A stretch of 61,257 nt of DNA, filler included, from Hausera hauseri (GCA_046269625.1; 9 parts of 9 records of this genome joined end to end with filler, not necessarily neighbours in it); one strand, 5' to 3'; positions 11,422 through 25,386 are shown, counted from the first letter of the whole stretch. The notes: generated by a model from the sequence alone, not told the origin. Numbers and translations: made by a program.

Positions 11422-14400
11422 GACAGTAACAATGGACCTGATGCTGTTTTTGTTTCAAATTTTGGGTCTGTAATACAAGAATATTATCATCATTTAATTT
11501 AATTTTACTTTATTTAAAGGGTTAAATGTTAGATTTTATTCTTCCATCTCTTTTATAAACTGTTTTTCATTGTACACAGATACAGCTGCAGTATTTTTCA
11601 GACTTTATGAACAGTTTTCTGGGCCAGTGAGAAACACTGCAGAGCAACATGTGTTTATTTTTCTCTTCATGATGTCTTTTCTGAATGATTGTGACCGAGA
11701 TGAAGCCAGGAGTGAACATTACAGTCTGCAGCCATGAGGTGGCGCTCTAAGCTTCTGATTCCTGCACTTTGTGTTTGTTAGAGAGTTTGGAATGAATGCT
11801 TTTTGTTGGTGACTCAGAAGTTTCTCAGAGTTGATCTTACTGCTGATGAAGCTGAAGAAAGTTAATTAGTGGAATGAAGTTGGTGAACTTTTAGGTAAGG
11901 ACACCTTGACATGTGACTGAATAGTGGTGGAATCTAATTACCAACTCTTCTATTCAAGGAACCATTCTCCTCAGCCACAGCCGCCCAAATGTATGTAAGC
12001 TGTGGTTGTTTTATATTCCACAAGCAGGACATGTGGATGTAACAGATCTTTTTAGCTTTGTAGTTACAAAATACAGAACTTATTTGTTTTGTTCTTTTTT
12101 GTTTGTTTGGTTTGTTTTCTACTGATTATCAGAGATGTTCATTGAAATGCCATGTTCCAAAATTTTCATTTGGGTATAGACAAAGATAGGAGATATTTTA
12201 ATCTGCTCATTTGCAACAAAGTACAACCTTTAATGTTCTTCAAAACCAAATAATGTCAAACTAGCGATTAAGTGGTTTTGGGGAAAAGAAACATTCAAAT
12301 GTAGCCGTTGGTAACTGAGATGTTTTACAGGGAATACAGGGAACTGCTAATTCCATTTTTTATTTGCAATGGTTGTGCAAACCTGTTGGGTAAGGAAAAA
12401 CTGTTAAAGAGTGTAAATATGGATCTTTACAACTATTTTTCTAACTAAAATGCAACAGTTGGTGACTGAACTTGTGTACATGTGTCATTTTTAGCTAGTT
12501 GATAATAGTTAAATGTGTTTTGAATTGTTATCTAAAATTACTAAGTACATGACAGTAACAAATAAGCATTAATATTACTCAAAAATTTAAAGTAATAAGT
12601 ATGGAAATCTACCCAAAAAAGTTATGTAAATTTTACCCAACTTCTTTTATTGTTTCAGAGCTGTTGACATTAGATACTCTTTAATAATATTACTTGGTTA
12701 AATTTATCCAAATAAAATAAGTGCAAATTGTTCCATCAGCTTTTTCAGGTAAATTAGGTTGTTTCTAATGTTCAGACCTCATCTCTGAACTTTTTTGTGC
12801 AACTTATTTAAAAACTCCTCATCATGTGCAGGAGGTTCTCAGTGCTAAAGAATAGGGAGAAGCTGCGCCCAGAACATGATTTGCTTGTACTGATTGTCCA
12901 TAATTTACACTGATTTTCTGTCATTTTGCAGGGATACGGACGTGTAGAGCAATCTCAAGGATTTTTTCAAGTTTTACAGATGTTTTCAAAACCTCAGTTT
13001 CAAATTCATTTAACATGTCGGAGGCTGTGGAGCATTAAAAAACATTAAATAAAAACAAATAAAAAACTTCAAATCGGTTCTGCCAATTGGAAGAAGGGGG
13101 TGGATATACATTAGGAATAGAATTGGACCTAGAATGGAACCCTGTGGCTGAGTCAGAGTATGATTGACCTAACAGGCCTGAGAAAGAGCGGTCTGAGAGG
13201 TATGATTTGAACCATTCTAGGAAAAGAATGGGTGTGTTTGAATCTTCATCTTTACTTCACTGTCAATCCAATATTCCTGCAACTTATGACATCAGTCAAT
13301 TGTTGTCAGCAGAAAAAATGATAAAAATCCAACTAAAATCACTCGATCTATAATGACATAACTTCTAGTTGGCGATCAACAGGCTCAGAACCTCAATAGA
13401 ATTTAGGCTACTCTCAACATTCCCAAAGACATCCTGGATATTTAGCACCATGGCACACTTACACTACAACTGGAGAAAGAAAGATAATATTTTCTAACAC
13501 AATTCTAACACTTTATTTTATTTTGTAGGTTTGTTTTGAAGGTAAAAGATTGTGTTCTGCTTCTTTAATGTGTGTAGGTATATGAATAATAAAATTGTTT
13601 GGGTTTCATTGATTTATTTTTTATAACTTTTGGTAAAAATATCAACTCGTCTCTCTGGCAGCTTGTGTGCAAAAGATGGATCATCATTCTTATTCTTTTA
13701 GCTTTTAGCTGGTGTTTGTTTAAGGGATCTTCAGGAAAGTCTGGCTGCTTTGATTCACTAAAGCAGTCGTTGAGCTCAGCTGTAATGTCAGGTTTTCTCC
13801 ACCAGAGAGAAGCAAAAGTCTTCATCAGGTTTCAGCCACACTGTGTGAAGATTTATGTCTTTTTGTTTAGTTGTTTGGTTCTGTTTCAGGATTGAAGTGG
13901 TGTTCTGAGTGTCTATGTGAGATTTGTAGTAGTTTAGTTGTTTTGCTGCCAGGACAGCTGTTTATGAAATCTAAAGTTTTAGGTCTAAACTTTAGAACTT
14001 AGAATCCATTATTAAACATGCAGCTCTGCTGCTGACTGGAGCAGCTCTGCTGTAAATAATTATCTAGGTCTATTTCAGGTTTGTTCATTTTTTTGTTTAT
14101 TTAATTTTATTTTTCAAATGATTATTATTAGACCAGCAGACTGGTTCAGCTTTTTAAAGCTGCTTTAAGCTTTTAGCTTGACTGTAACACACAAGACAAA
14201 CACCAGAAGTAGACAAAGCACGACACAAGACAACAGATCCTCACACCCTTTTTGGTACTTTTAGATTTTTGCCAACATGTTGCTGCTCATCTTTTAGATA
14301 TTTTAGGTAATTTATGTTTTAGCTTGTCTTTTGGTTTTTATAACTGTACCTGTCATTTTGCTCAGTGGAAGATCTAGGATTTTTCTGAGTTAGGGGCCAC

Positions 14401-14908
14401 AATATTCTTAGAGGAGCCAGGTCTTTATTATGACCCCCGCAAGCGTGAGTCATATTGTTTTCATACGGTTTATTTATTTATTTTTTCAGTGATTTTTGGT
14501 CAAACGTAGCACAAAAACGGCTGCACCATTCAACATGAAATTTGGCAGGGTTGTAGATCAGTCTGACCTACACTGCGCCAACTAATGGTTTTACCAAAGA
14601 CCCCATATTTGAGGAGGGGGCTCCATCCAAAGAGGGGGTTTCTGGACATGCAAAAATGCTTATAACTCAAAAGCTCTTCAACATAGAAGCTTCAGATTTT
14701 TTTGTTTTTTAGCTCTGATGAAGTTTTGTCCATTTGACCCACCAATCAATGCCCCCCCGACCCGACCCGACCCCTCATTTATATGAAAAAGGGGTGTTTG
14801 GACATAAAAATGCTTTTAACTCAGAAACTGTTCAACATAGAAGCTTCAAATTTCTTTTGTTGTTTAGCTCTGATGAAGCTCTGTCCATCAGGCCCACCAA
14901 TCAGTGCC

Positions 14909-15008
14909 NNNNNNNNNNNNNNNNNNNNNNNNNNNNNNNNNNNNNNNNNNNNTTAATTAATTAANNNNNNNNNNNNNNNNNNNNNNNNNNNNNNNNNNNN
15001 NNNNNNNN
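14909..15008. other. Artificial contig spacer (N-run + TTAATTAATTAA + N-run); equivalent spacers at 20856-20955, 25387-25486, 31882-31981, 36133-36232, 40344-40443, 45678-45777 and 56463-56562
   Basis: Eight 100-bp blocks of the same design, each with a six-frame stop linker. Sequence character changes abruptly across them. Confidence 0.98.
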
Positions 15009-15491
15009 AAGTCCCTCGTAAGGAGCGACGGAAAACTATATAAGAATTTAAGATTACAATAAGTTTTATTTAACAACAATAACTATACCGTATCAGCAAT
15101 AAGAAATTACAGTTCAGAATTCAGGTATCCTTCGAATCAAGCAACCAAATGTCTCAGGTGCAATCGTCAATTTCTGTTAAATTGAGCTGGTGGTTGGCCG
15201 ATTAGGTACTGATTGAATTGTTTGAACTGTATTCTAATTCATGAGCTTATATAGCAGCTCTGACAACTATTTACAATATTTTTTTGATTTACATACACAA
15301 TTTTTCTCAATTTTAACTACTTTATTTCTCTGTTTATTCGCAGTTTCGATTTATATACAATTGTTTCAACTTTTCAAATTGATTATTTTATATACAATTG
15401 GTTATTATTCGGACTTCATGAATTGATTGTACAATTGTTTTAGTTTCGGTTTCCGTTTCGATTACTCTCTGCAAACGACCATATTACGACA
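15009..15491 (-). repeat. 3' LTR (cut by the contig end) of the Gypsy element, preceded by a polypurine tract
   Basis: Minus strand reads GGGAGGGGAAA (15502-15492) immediately followed by TGTCGTAAT, downstream of an integrase on the same strand. Confidence 0.75.
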
Positions 15492-15599
15492 TTTCCCCTC
15501 CCTGAATGGCACTCTCGGATGTGCCCATTGCGTCAGTAGAGGTGCCCCATAAACGGTTCATTCGTCCGCGTAAGTCCGCTTCCGAATCCGTTTCATTTG

Positions 15600-17930
15600 A
15601 CGGCGATTACAAATCAAAATGGTAGGACGTCGTGGCCTTCTAGGGTAGTATCTCTACAATTTTCTTATTTTCTCGATCTAAGTAGTATCTCAGCCTTGTA
15701 GCTTCGGCTCTGCATACTAGGCAGGTCTTTACCCATTTTTAAGGGTCCACGTTTCTAAGCAGTAACGGCAATATTTGTGACTGCAATATTTGTTGTTCAG
15801 TACTAAGAATCCTTGAGAGAGATCCGCATCGCAAACGGCACATTGTTCCTTTTCAGCTCCATCGATGTCCACAAGGTTTTCATCCACTTCTATTCTTTCA
15901 AATACTAGTTCTTTTTTGTTTTTGGTATAAGTATCCGTATAATCTCTTTTGATTGGGGTCTACTGAATTTTTCTTTGGATCGTCGGATACCGGAACCAGG
16001 TTCCATTCGACTATTTCTTGTTTATCCAAATCGGGTACTCCAGTTTTCTTGTATTGCCTTTTTAGTTGAATCCTAATTTGGGTATCCACGGGAATTGTCA
16101 ATCTGTTAGAGCCATTCTTCGATTGAAATATTGGGGCTAGGTATCTGCCGATAGTGTGGTCTTCTCTGGCATATCCGTTTCTACTTACTATTCTTCTAGG
16201 AACGGTAGATACATAAAATATGGCTTCCTTGATCTTGTCCTTGCTATAATATTCGGCCATGACGAGGATTCGTTTGTATTCATTTCTTTACCGAATTCCG
16301 TAACTATAATTGGGGTATCTTCCTCCCAGTTCTTTCGGAGAACATTGACTTCTGTCTTGAGGGATTTTGAGTTAGTAATTTTCAACTGATTTCCGTTGTT
16401 TTCTTTCTTTTTTTCTCGGTTCGATATTTCTTCCTGATCGTTCATGGGTTCCTCTGCGATTGGTCTATTTTTCGCTGACTTTTTTCGTCTATTGGGCCTT
16501 TATTGGTCTTACTTTTCTTTCTACTGATGTATTCCATGAAGGAAGTTTTTGTCTTTTGTCTTCTACGGTTTTCTGAATTATCGGACTTTACTGTCATTTC
16601 TTCTTGAGCTTTACTGGTTGATGGTCTCTGTCGGTTGTTGGGGGCTTCCATTGGATTATTATGGATTATTACACGAAATCGATTATGTTTCTGTGGTTCG
16701 ATTTGTCTATAGCCCGGGTATTCACTAAACCCTTTTTGGAATTTTTGTATCAATACCTTGGGGTTGTTGTCGGATATCGCATTCTGTATTGGATTTCTGG
16801 GTTTTCATTCATGATCCCATTGTAAATGATCATATATATACTTTACAAGTTTAGTTCGTTGGCTTGCCGACATCAATTTAGGGAATTTAAATCGTTCGCC
16901 TTTCATGGCTTCTAGCATCATTTTGAACAGTGATTCGCGGGATGCTGAGGATGGAAGCAGACAACCTCTTTTCCGCATCAATGTATTTTCTACTTGGCTC
17001 ACAACGGTTGGGCTTCGGCTCAATTCTCGAATTCCGGCTATGTACTGTTGCCTAATTCCTAGTCGCTCCAGCGCTTCGTGCACCCGGAATCCGGTAGCAA
17101 TATATCCATATAAGCAACGTCTTATATCTTTTTGGATCTCCAAGAAATCCTTTCCTTTCTCGAGCTATACTTTCGTAATTCATGTAACGTCGGGGAAAGT
17201 ATCCTTTATTCTAGCTCGATGTGCGACTATTTTATTTACAATCTCTTCTCCGTTAGTATTTCTGATAGAGGCCTCAATCGGAACATACTATCCGTCATCC
17301 TTTTCTCCATAGTTTACGGCTAATATCCGGTTATTTTGGCCATCTGGGACTAATCTATAAGATTCCCCATTTTGCTCTATTTCATCTTTCGATGGTTTCT
17401 GTACATATAGTAACGGTGGTAGTGGCTTCATTTCCTCTGTTCGCCACGTCATTTCGATCATGATTTTGTTCAGAAGGTCCGCGATCCTCAATTCCAGAGC
17501 ATAATTCATGAGGCTATAGCAACATAGCTCATAAGTACTAAATTTTCACTGCTGCCCTTTTTGCGTACTCCAGGAGTGTTCTGCGATCCTGTAATGAACT
17601 TCTCCATCAGCGACATATATGTTCAATTGCTGATGTGTCGGTTCATAGGGAATTAGGTTTTTTAAAAGATATGCCCGTGCATCCTTTGGATTTCGCATGT
17701 CATATAATCGAACCAGTTGATTTTCTCCTAAACACCATTTTAGTCCGTTTGGTATTTTACTGTCCAGGTTGAACTCTAGATAGGTTTGGGTTTTCAGATT
17801 TTCTCCAATTTGCCGATATAAACTTTTCGATAATGGTTTGAGAACAGTGACGTGCTGCTGTAAGAAATCATCGATGTCGTAATTGGAACTGACTGCTGGA
17901 TTCTTCTCCTTCTCGGCTACACTTACTATG
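15600..17930 (-). pseudogene. Additional accessory ORF(s) of the Gypsy element, unknown function
   Basis: Abutting ORF fragments (17546-17986, 17288-17509, 16805-17143, 16442-16753, 16188-16445, 15898-16260) all lie on the element strand between the env-like ORF and the PPT. Confidence 0.55.
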
Positions 17931-18025
17931 CTGAAATAAAAATAAAGGTTAATCCTAAGACAGATCATCGTTTTCAAACAAAACATTTTCTCTGTCAGAT
18001 GATAGGATAACCCGATCTGTAGTTG

Positions 18026-19360
18026 TCAGGTTATGCTATAATAAAATCCGTCTCGGCACGTTTTTACCCATTTATCTCCCTCCCGATGTTTACAGCGCTT
18101 ATTATAATTTTTGGAAACTAGATAAATCATCGCTGTTAATATGACCAGAACGAAAATTGACAAACTAAATATAGCTATTATCGGTAAGATATTCGGCTCA
18201 ATGGAACATTTCGTAGTGAATACATTTTGAGTACTAATATCTTTATACGGCTTTACTCCAATTTTGTTGCCAAGAGTTCGTACCGTAAAAGTTTTAGTTT
18301 TCTTACCTTTTGCGGTGAGTCGGATTACATAACTGTGTGCGGTCGTAATGACTTGCATTCGGCTTCCTGTCTATTCTTTCTCACGACCACAACTTGGTTG
18401 GTGTGTAGGGTGCAGCATTCAATTTTTACGTCTTGATTCATTGTTTCCTCCGCGCAAAATAGTATCTTCTCGCTTTTTGCCAAAATCTAACCGGTATGCT
18501 TCCTAGCATTTTATCCGAAGTGACGATCGCAGTAGTGAGGTTTGTACTCGGAACTGTAAATGGTCTTCTCGTATTGGTTGAGAAAGGAAGCTTCTATATT
18601 CCGTTTTTCGGACGATATCCCAGTAAATAAGTACTTCGTTCTCCGGGGTACGTATTATACAAGTCGAGTTGCAACTGATACTTCTGTCCTAGTTGCAATA
18701 CACAGCAGACAGTAGGTTGTCGTCTGGCCAGATAACAATACTACGGAATAGGAACCGAAGCATTCAATGGTATAAATCGGACAGAAATTTGTCTGCCTCC
18801 AGGCAACTCTATTTTGATCTCAATTCGAATACACTGGTCTTTTAAGTCTTTGTAGATCTCAATAATGTTGTAATCTAAGAGCCTCTTAAATGGGTCTGTA
18901 CTTCGGATTATTACATCCATCTTGACTTGATTGGTGTCATTTCTTTGAGGCATCCTTATTAGAAGTTCAATAAGTATATAGGCTTGGGCTCCGGGTTGGT
19001 TATAATAGAATATTTGAAATCTATATCGGTAGGTTTGTCCGAAATGCAAACCACAACATTTCCTATGAACTCCGCACAGAAAATCGCATGTTCCCATTGT
19101 GAATCTAGTTTCAAATATTATTTGAAATTTCACGTGGTTCTGAATAGGTTCACTTGCTCCGAACCACGCACATGGCTTACTCAAATCCATATCGTATACT
19201 CTAAGTCATTGTAAATTTTGAATGTTCCTACGTCTTGCCGCATACTGTAATTTTTCGATTTGAGTTATCGACCTCACCTTCGGTACATACGAGGCGATTA
19301 ACGATAATCTCAAGACTATTTGTACATACGATATTGGTCTAGTCACTATAGATGGCATTT
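18026..19360 (-). pseudogene. env-position membrane protein ORF of the Gypsy element (signal-like segment, Cys-containing repeats, C-terminal TM)
   Basis: Hydrophobic YVQIVLRLSLIASYV, three CC-containing beta-rich repeats, and TM ILPIIAIFSLSIFVLVILTAMIYLV followed by basic residues. Frameshifted. Confidence 0.6.
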
Positions 19361-19399
19361 TCTTTTCTTTATTTGTTTTACCCGAATGCAAATTATAGC

Positions 19400-20380
19400 G
19401 TTTGTTTGGCCTTATTTCCGTTTTAACTACTCTTTGAATTGATATGACTTCCTGTTTGCCATTTCTGTTTATATAAACGGTAGTCGGCATAGCTTTAGTA
19501 ATTTCATAAGGTCCGCTGCCGGTCCTGGTCAGTTTAAGGGACGCACCCTTCTTTGCCACTGGATAATGTACGTAAACTCAGCTCCCTGGTTCCAAATCGT
19601 GTGGTTTAGCCTTCTTGTCGTATTGATTCTTGAATTGTTCCTGATATTCTCTATATAATTCCTTGGCTATTTCCCAACACTTCCGCAATCTCGATTGTAA
19701 TACTTCAACAAAATTCTGCTGTAGATCCTCCGTTCTTGTAGTGTATGGTATCAGCCCTAAATCTGTAGGCAATACAGCTTCTCGCCATACATCATGAAAA
19801 TGGAGTAAATCCTGTTGCAGTATGTGGCGTAGTATTAATGGCAACCTGTGTACCTTTTAAGAACGCATCCCAATCTTTCTGGTCTTTTGCGACTACTGTC
19901 GATAAGATTCGTATAACGGTTGCGTTCTTTCATTCAACTATTCCATTACATTTGGTATGATAAGCTGTGGTAGTGAATCGCTCATTGTCAAAAATTTTGG
20001 TAATTTTGTCGAACAATTCGCTCGTAAAATTTCTCCCTCGGTCTGTCAAAATTTGTTCGGGTGGCCCGTATCTGCAAATGATTTTCCGGACTACGGCTTC
20101 TGCCAAGGTCTCGGCCTTTTGATCTAATAACGCTATAAGCTCGACGAAATGAGTCAAACGGTCTACACAAGTCAAAATATATTTGTTATTCTTGTGGGTC
20201 GTAGGCAATGGTCATACAATATCCATAGATATTGCTTGCATTGGTCTATCGGGCATATTGATAGGTTTAAATTCGGCGATGTAACTTTTCACTTTTATTT
20301 GTTTTATGCTTATACGACAATTTACAGGTTTAATTTTTTTAAAAGATTTACAAAACGCCGTTAGAAAAGTAAATAATACC
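19400..20380 (-). mobile_element. Ty3/Gypsy integrase (decayed)
   Basis: PDRPMQAISMDIV.PLPTT..NKYILTCVDRLTHF, YGPPEQILTDRGRNFTS, TTAYHTKCNGIVE and GPY/F motif GSGPYEI. Contains in-frame stops. Confidence 0.93.
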
Positions 20381-21453
20381 ATCAGCTGACTTGTTAAGCC
20401 TGCTACTTGCAAAATTGTTGCATATTTCACAGATTCTTCAAGAGTCCAACCTACATCTGACTGTGTTTCTCCTTTTTTCATTGCCATTCTTCTCACTAGT
20501 TGATCTACAGTAAGGCTGAGGAACAGTACAGTATTTCCCACCAGGACCACCCTAAACTAAATTCTGCTCACACTCCAAAGGCTGAGACAGAACAGGGGGC
20601 AGGTTCTGATCTGGACCTCCAGCAGACCTAACTTGTCTCCAGTAGAGACTTGGATAATTCAGGGGACAGGTTCTGGATTGGACTGTCTGCACAAAGATTT
20701 CCAATAGAGAAAAAACTTTAAGATCCCATCCATGTCCCAGGCATGAAAGGCAGGAATTGATGCTTTTGACAAAATAAGAAAAAAACCCCACAATATTCTT
20801 TGATAATGTAGAAAAATAAAAGTAATAATAGAAAACATAATTTGTAGAAAAAGGTNNNNNNNNNNNNNNNNNNNNNNNNNNNNNNNNNNNNNNNNNNNNT
20901 TAATTAATTAANNNNNNNNNNNNNNNNNNNNNNNNNNNNNNNNNNNNNNNNNNNNTGAGTAGTTATAAAGTAGCTTGTATGGGTCGGTCTTCCAAATTTC
21001 AATTCTTCTTCTTCTTATTTTTTTTATTAATTCTAGGTCGGTTTTTCAAATTTTTTAAAAAAATTTTCAGGAGCGAGCGGTGGTTATGGAGTCGAGCTAA
21101 AGAAAATTTTGAAAAAATTTTAGGGGCCGGCCCATAACGCTGGTAATACAACTACTAATATCAACCTCCTACCATTTAAAATGTTCCTTTTAGTAACTAT
21201 GTGGTCTGTGCAAATTATTTCCCCGATCAGACAATGTTATGAGGTCGCTTAAGGATGCTTAAGTCATCAGAATTTTTAAATTATTCCGTCCAACAGCTTT
21301 TAATTCAAATATTTACTTGTATTTCAAATTACAAGAACTTTTATTTCAATTACAAATATGTGTACAAGGATCAGTCATGACAATGCTTTTAAGTTTGCAC
21401 TGGCAATTTAGTTCATTAAGGATTACATTTAAAATGACATGTCTCTCTCTGGC

Positions 21454-23510
21454 CTATTTTTCAGTGTCAGATTGTTGCAGTTCCGTCAATATTGACTTGC
21501 GACAGTCCGGATAGCGACGCCGGTGATCAGCCGCAACTTTCAGAAGGAATTGGAATTGTTCCTCTTCGTAGGTTAGGAGTGTGTTCAACTCCTGAACAAG
21601 TGCAAAGCCTCGTTCAGCATTGTCATTTGTAACAGCAAGCTTATTGACGATCGCTCGGCCTTCGTTGTAGTCACCTCTGTCTGCCCAAGTGTCAGGATCT
21701 ACAGAGAATATCGAAACCAATGTGCAACTTGTTAAGAAGATTGCCACTGCTTGAACTAATAAAATCTTCCAAGCCTTTCTGTGATGCCTCACGGGCTTTT
21801 ATAGTGATTCGTTTTGAACCAGCTGATGTACGCTTAGGCTAATTAGACTGCAGTGCCCTCACAATTTTTCGTTTGGTCTCGGATGACATCCGGATCAAAG
21901 CAAGACCCACTAAATCTTCTGACAGATACCACAGGTGTTGCTCAAACTTCTTTCACGTTGCCTTTGAAATTGCTTCATCATACTGTCTGCTTCATCATAC
22001 TGTAAGCAAGCTTAGGTCGCTGTATGGAACACTAGCAGTTAGAAAGCCTTAGGGAACCAAGCCTTCAGGTAAACTACAACAGCAAAGATGCACATCCTGC
22101 GTAGGCCCTTCTCTTCAAATGATGTGATTTTGAATTGTATCTAAAATAATCAGACTTTCATTGAGTAGATTACCTTTGATAGCCATCTTGCGTGGTGCAT
22201 TGCGCCAAATGCCATGAAGCGAATTACACGAGGTGGTGAGGCTCCCAGGAAGATAATTGACAGTTCAAGGAATTCACGGTAGTCGTCTCGTACCGACTCA
22301 TGCATCAGCTGGTGTTGATAAAAGTCTACTATTTCCTTCTTCACTGTGTTACAAATGCCACTCAAATTTGCACCAGTATGATACTGGGTTTGATTAATTA
22401 AGGACCACTCTTTTTGAAATTTTTCGAACACAATATCTCTAGAGCACACGAGGGTCTTAGGCTTGCTGTGAATGCAGCACCTACCACAAGCTCCATTATA
22501 TTATGGCGACATGCCAGATGCAGGAGACCTCTCCCAATCACTGTTTCAATTTCAATACATGCACCCGTTCTGATACCTCTGTTCGAACTGGTTGTGTCAA
22601 AACATATTCCATCTACCCGATCTTTGACGTTCCACTCATCGAGTGCTTGAACTACTGCTGACGTCTGACTTTTTCCTGTTCCACTAGCAATCTTGCTTAC
22701 CTTCAGCAGATGACTGACACCAAATCCAGTAACTATAATTGGAAGGCGGTCAACATGCTCTTTCCCAAAGAGATCTGCCAACAGTTTTCCATCCCAATGC
22801 ACCACCAATGGTATGTCACCTGCTGTGCCTTGTTTCAAAGCAGCTGTCATTTCCATTATATATCTTTCTCTCTGACGCTTTATGGTACTACGGTTGATGT
22901 TGAAATCATTTATATCATGTCCAAGGCTCTTGGTCGTTTCACAGATTACAAAGGTGGCCTTCCTGTCACTTAACTTGGATCGATCTAATGCAGTTGCTAG
23001 CATCGGTGTTATGACTTGATTTGTTGCTCTCATCCTTTTATGCGGATGAGTACATTTAGAAGACCCATACTCAACTGTGTCACTGGAATCAGACTTAGGT
23101 TCATCGCTGCTGTTGACTTCTTCCACCAATGAGGAACTTACTGAACTGGTAGATGCTTTCACCCTTGTCTGCAATATCTGGCTCTTTGTCTTTGTCTACT
23201 CTAGCCTTGCCCTTTCCAGCCCTTTCCGCTGTAATCTGCGTTCCTCTTTTGCTGCCAGTGTTGTCTCAATGGCTCCTATATGTCTTCGTCTACCAGGCTC
23301 ACGTTGTGCTGCTAGAAATTCAAGGTCTTCTGGAATTTTAATCAGTTCTGCTTCATTAGCGTGAGCAATATCAAAGAGGTCATTTATCTTATTACAAAAT
23401 TTGGCTTCATTAGATTTATGCCTCTCTGGCTTTTATGCCTTGTGTTTCTAAAAACTTGACCATTCATTGTACAGCTGTTCCAACTCGATGATTGCATGGT
23501 AGCCCGTAGC
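21454..23510 (-). mobile_element. hAT-superfamily (hATm-like) transposase pseudogene 1
   Basis: ALDRSKLSDRKA, LVVHWDGKLL, CFDTTSSN.G..GAC, LACRHNIMEL, GAMHHARWLSK.IY, LAVTNDNAERG. Frameshifted. Confidence 0.85.
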
Positions 23511-23759
23511 GTAATTATCTAAGCTTTCGTATCTTAAGGCGCATTTGGGGTTTTGTGCAATGAGTGGCACTGATTTCAAAAATCAAATCAGATTTTTTAT
23601 CCACTAATCGCAAACCCCCCTTTTTGCGAGCAAAAAAGTAACAAACATGGTAAAAATGAGATGTTTTTTTCAAACACTGAACACAATATATACAACGTAG
23701 TAAACCAACGATAGTCTTACTTTTAAATAACAAAGTCTAGTTTCGTTTCAAATGATGGA

Positions 23760-25386
23760 ATCAGCTCGCGTGACTTAATTCGAGCTCGAATATATCCGTC
23801 TCTGGCCTTCATTCCATATACCACAGCAGACGCTCGGCCATCATTCGAACACACCTTTCAACTGACTGCGAGTGTCAAGTAATTTCCAAATATAGCATCA
23901 TCAGCGATTCTTTCCAATTCGTCGACAGACATGTGCATCGTACGTGGTGGTTCTGATGTACAAATCTTTATTGGCGACAACAAGTCCATCAGATTCTTTG
24001 CGATTTCTTTGATATTTGGTGTTGCAAACAGTCGAACATTTTTTATGCAGACTGATCACGTTGTTTGCATTGTCGTATTGACTTTATTATCGACTTTTTA
24101 TCTGCGTCTTCAAGCATTGCGAGCAAAACATGTACCTGGTGACCGCAATATTCATTTTTCTGTACTACGGGCCAAACGATTAATTTCTCTGCAGGAGTAA
24201 GGGATGCTGTCAGTTTAATTTGTTGTAGCAAGTGGTTTGACCCATCGGTGCACTTATTGTGATACGTAATCTGTAACCACTTGGGTCCATAATAACATAC
24301 AACGAATTTGGTGAGGGTGTACAAGTCTTCACTTGGTTCTGCCGTTGCCACATGCAGTCGGCAAATTCGGCTGGCAGTAGTAGCTCATCAGGCTATTGTC
24401 ATAACTACTGGTTTTTCTCTAAGGAGGTTTTCTTCGATTTTGCCAGTTCTAATTGCAGTTGTTATTTGATACAGATAAGCTTGGTTACGACTCAGTTCAT
24501 TTAATTCCAAGGTCGGTAAGTGGATCGCCGACAGTGATACGCTTAAATCCTGAAGCAGTTGGAAATAAAATTTCACACGATGGTAATGCCTTCTCGATTG
24601 CTCCTTTTTATTGAGTAGGACTTTCGGATGAACCCAGGAGGGCATAAGTGTTGAAAAGGGAGTTAGTTCAAATGTAAGTAACAGATGGTCCACTGAAGTG
24701 GTCGACCCAATGCACATTCAAGCAAACGAATTGCTCCATTGTGTTTTCCGGTATTTACAACGGTGCTGTCATCTCCGATAGCGTGGCCAGTCTCGTCAAT
24801 TTCCATTTCTTCCACAGATTCTTTTAATCCTCTTGCAATTTCAGCGCCAGTTCCATGTTGCACGGTAATATGTTTTACATAAGATATTCCAGGTTCTCCG
24901 ACTAGAACAATGATCTTGCACCTCCTTTCCATACCATTTCCGACCGATACTTTCTTTTATTCGCGTCCTGTCCTTTCGTCCATCAAAAAACAAGGCAATT
25001 ATTTTTCCATCCTTCACATTTCCTTTGTTCCTCAGACTCATTCTCAAATTCTCTCATGCTTTCCATATTTTGTGATGGTGTATAATACAGGTGTGATTGT
25101 CGACATCCACGATTCCATAGTCAATTAGAGTCGCCGTTCATATAGCAGCTGCAACCCTGATCGACACGTCATATCTATTTGAATATGAATATTGGGGTCA
25201 CTAGGAACATGTTTTGTTTGCAATGCTTGAAGACACAGCGTGCTCGTTCCTTCCACTTTTCATTCCTCGTCGTTTTCAAAATTGTCATCAGATTCCGTTT
25301 GTAGTACTTCATCGTTACCAACAGTTGATGTAGATTCCATATCAGTCGCGATCCCAGTTTTCCGCTTTTTTTGTCATCTTGTCTTT
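23760..25386 (-). mobile_element. hAT-superfamily (hATm-like) transposase pseudogene 2
   Basis: ALFFDGRKDRT, LVGEPG..YV.H, IGDDSTVVNTG..NGAIRLLE..LGRPLQW.IC.LHLN, LSRNQAYLY. Fragmented. Confidence 0.82.

Noticed and set aside
11430-14908. Short ORFs in the fish intergenic region
   Set aside because: No recognisable protein motifs; likely repeat remnants and non-coding DNA.
14953-14964. Recurrent TTAATTAATTAA palindrome within N runs
   Set aside because: Artificial contig linker, not biological.
20212-20550. 112-aa ORF seemingly extending the integrase
   Set aside because: Crosses the compositional junction near 20380 and is probably a chance fusion.
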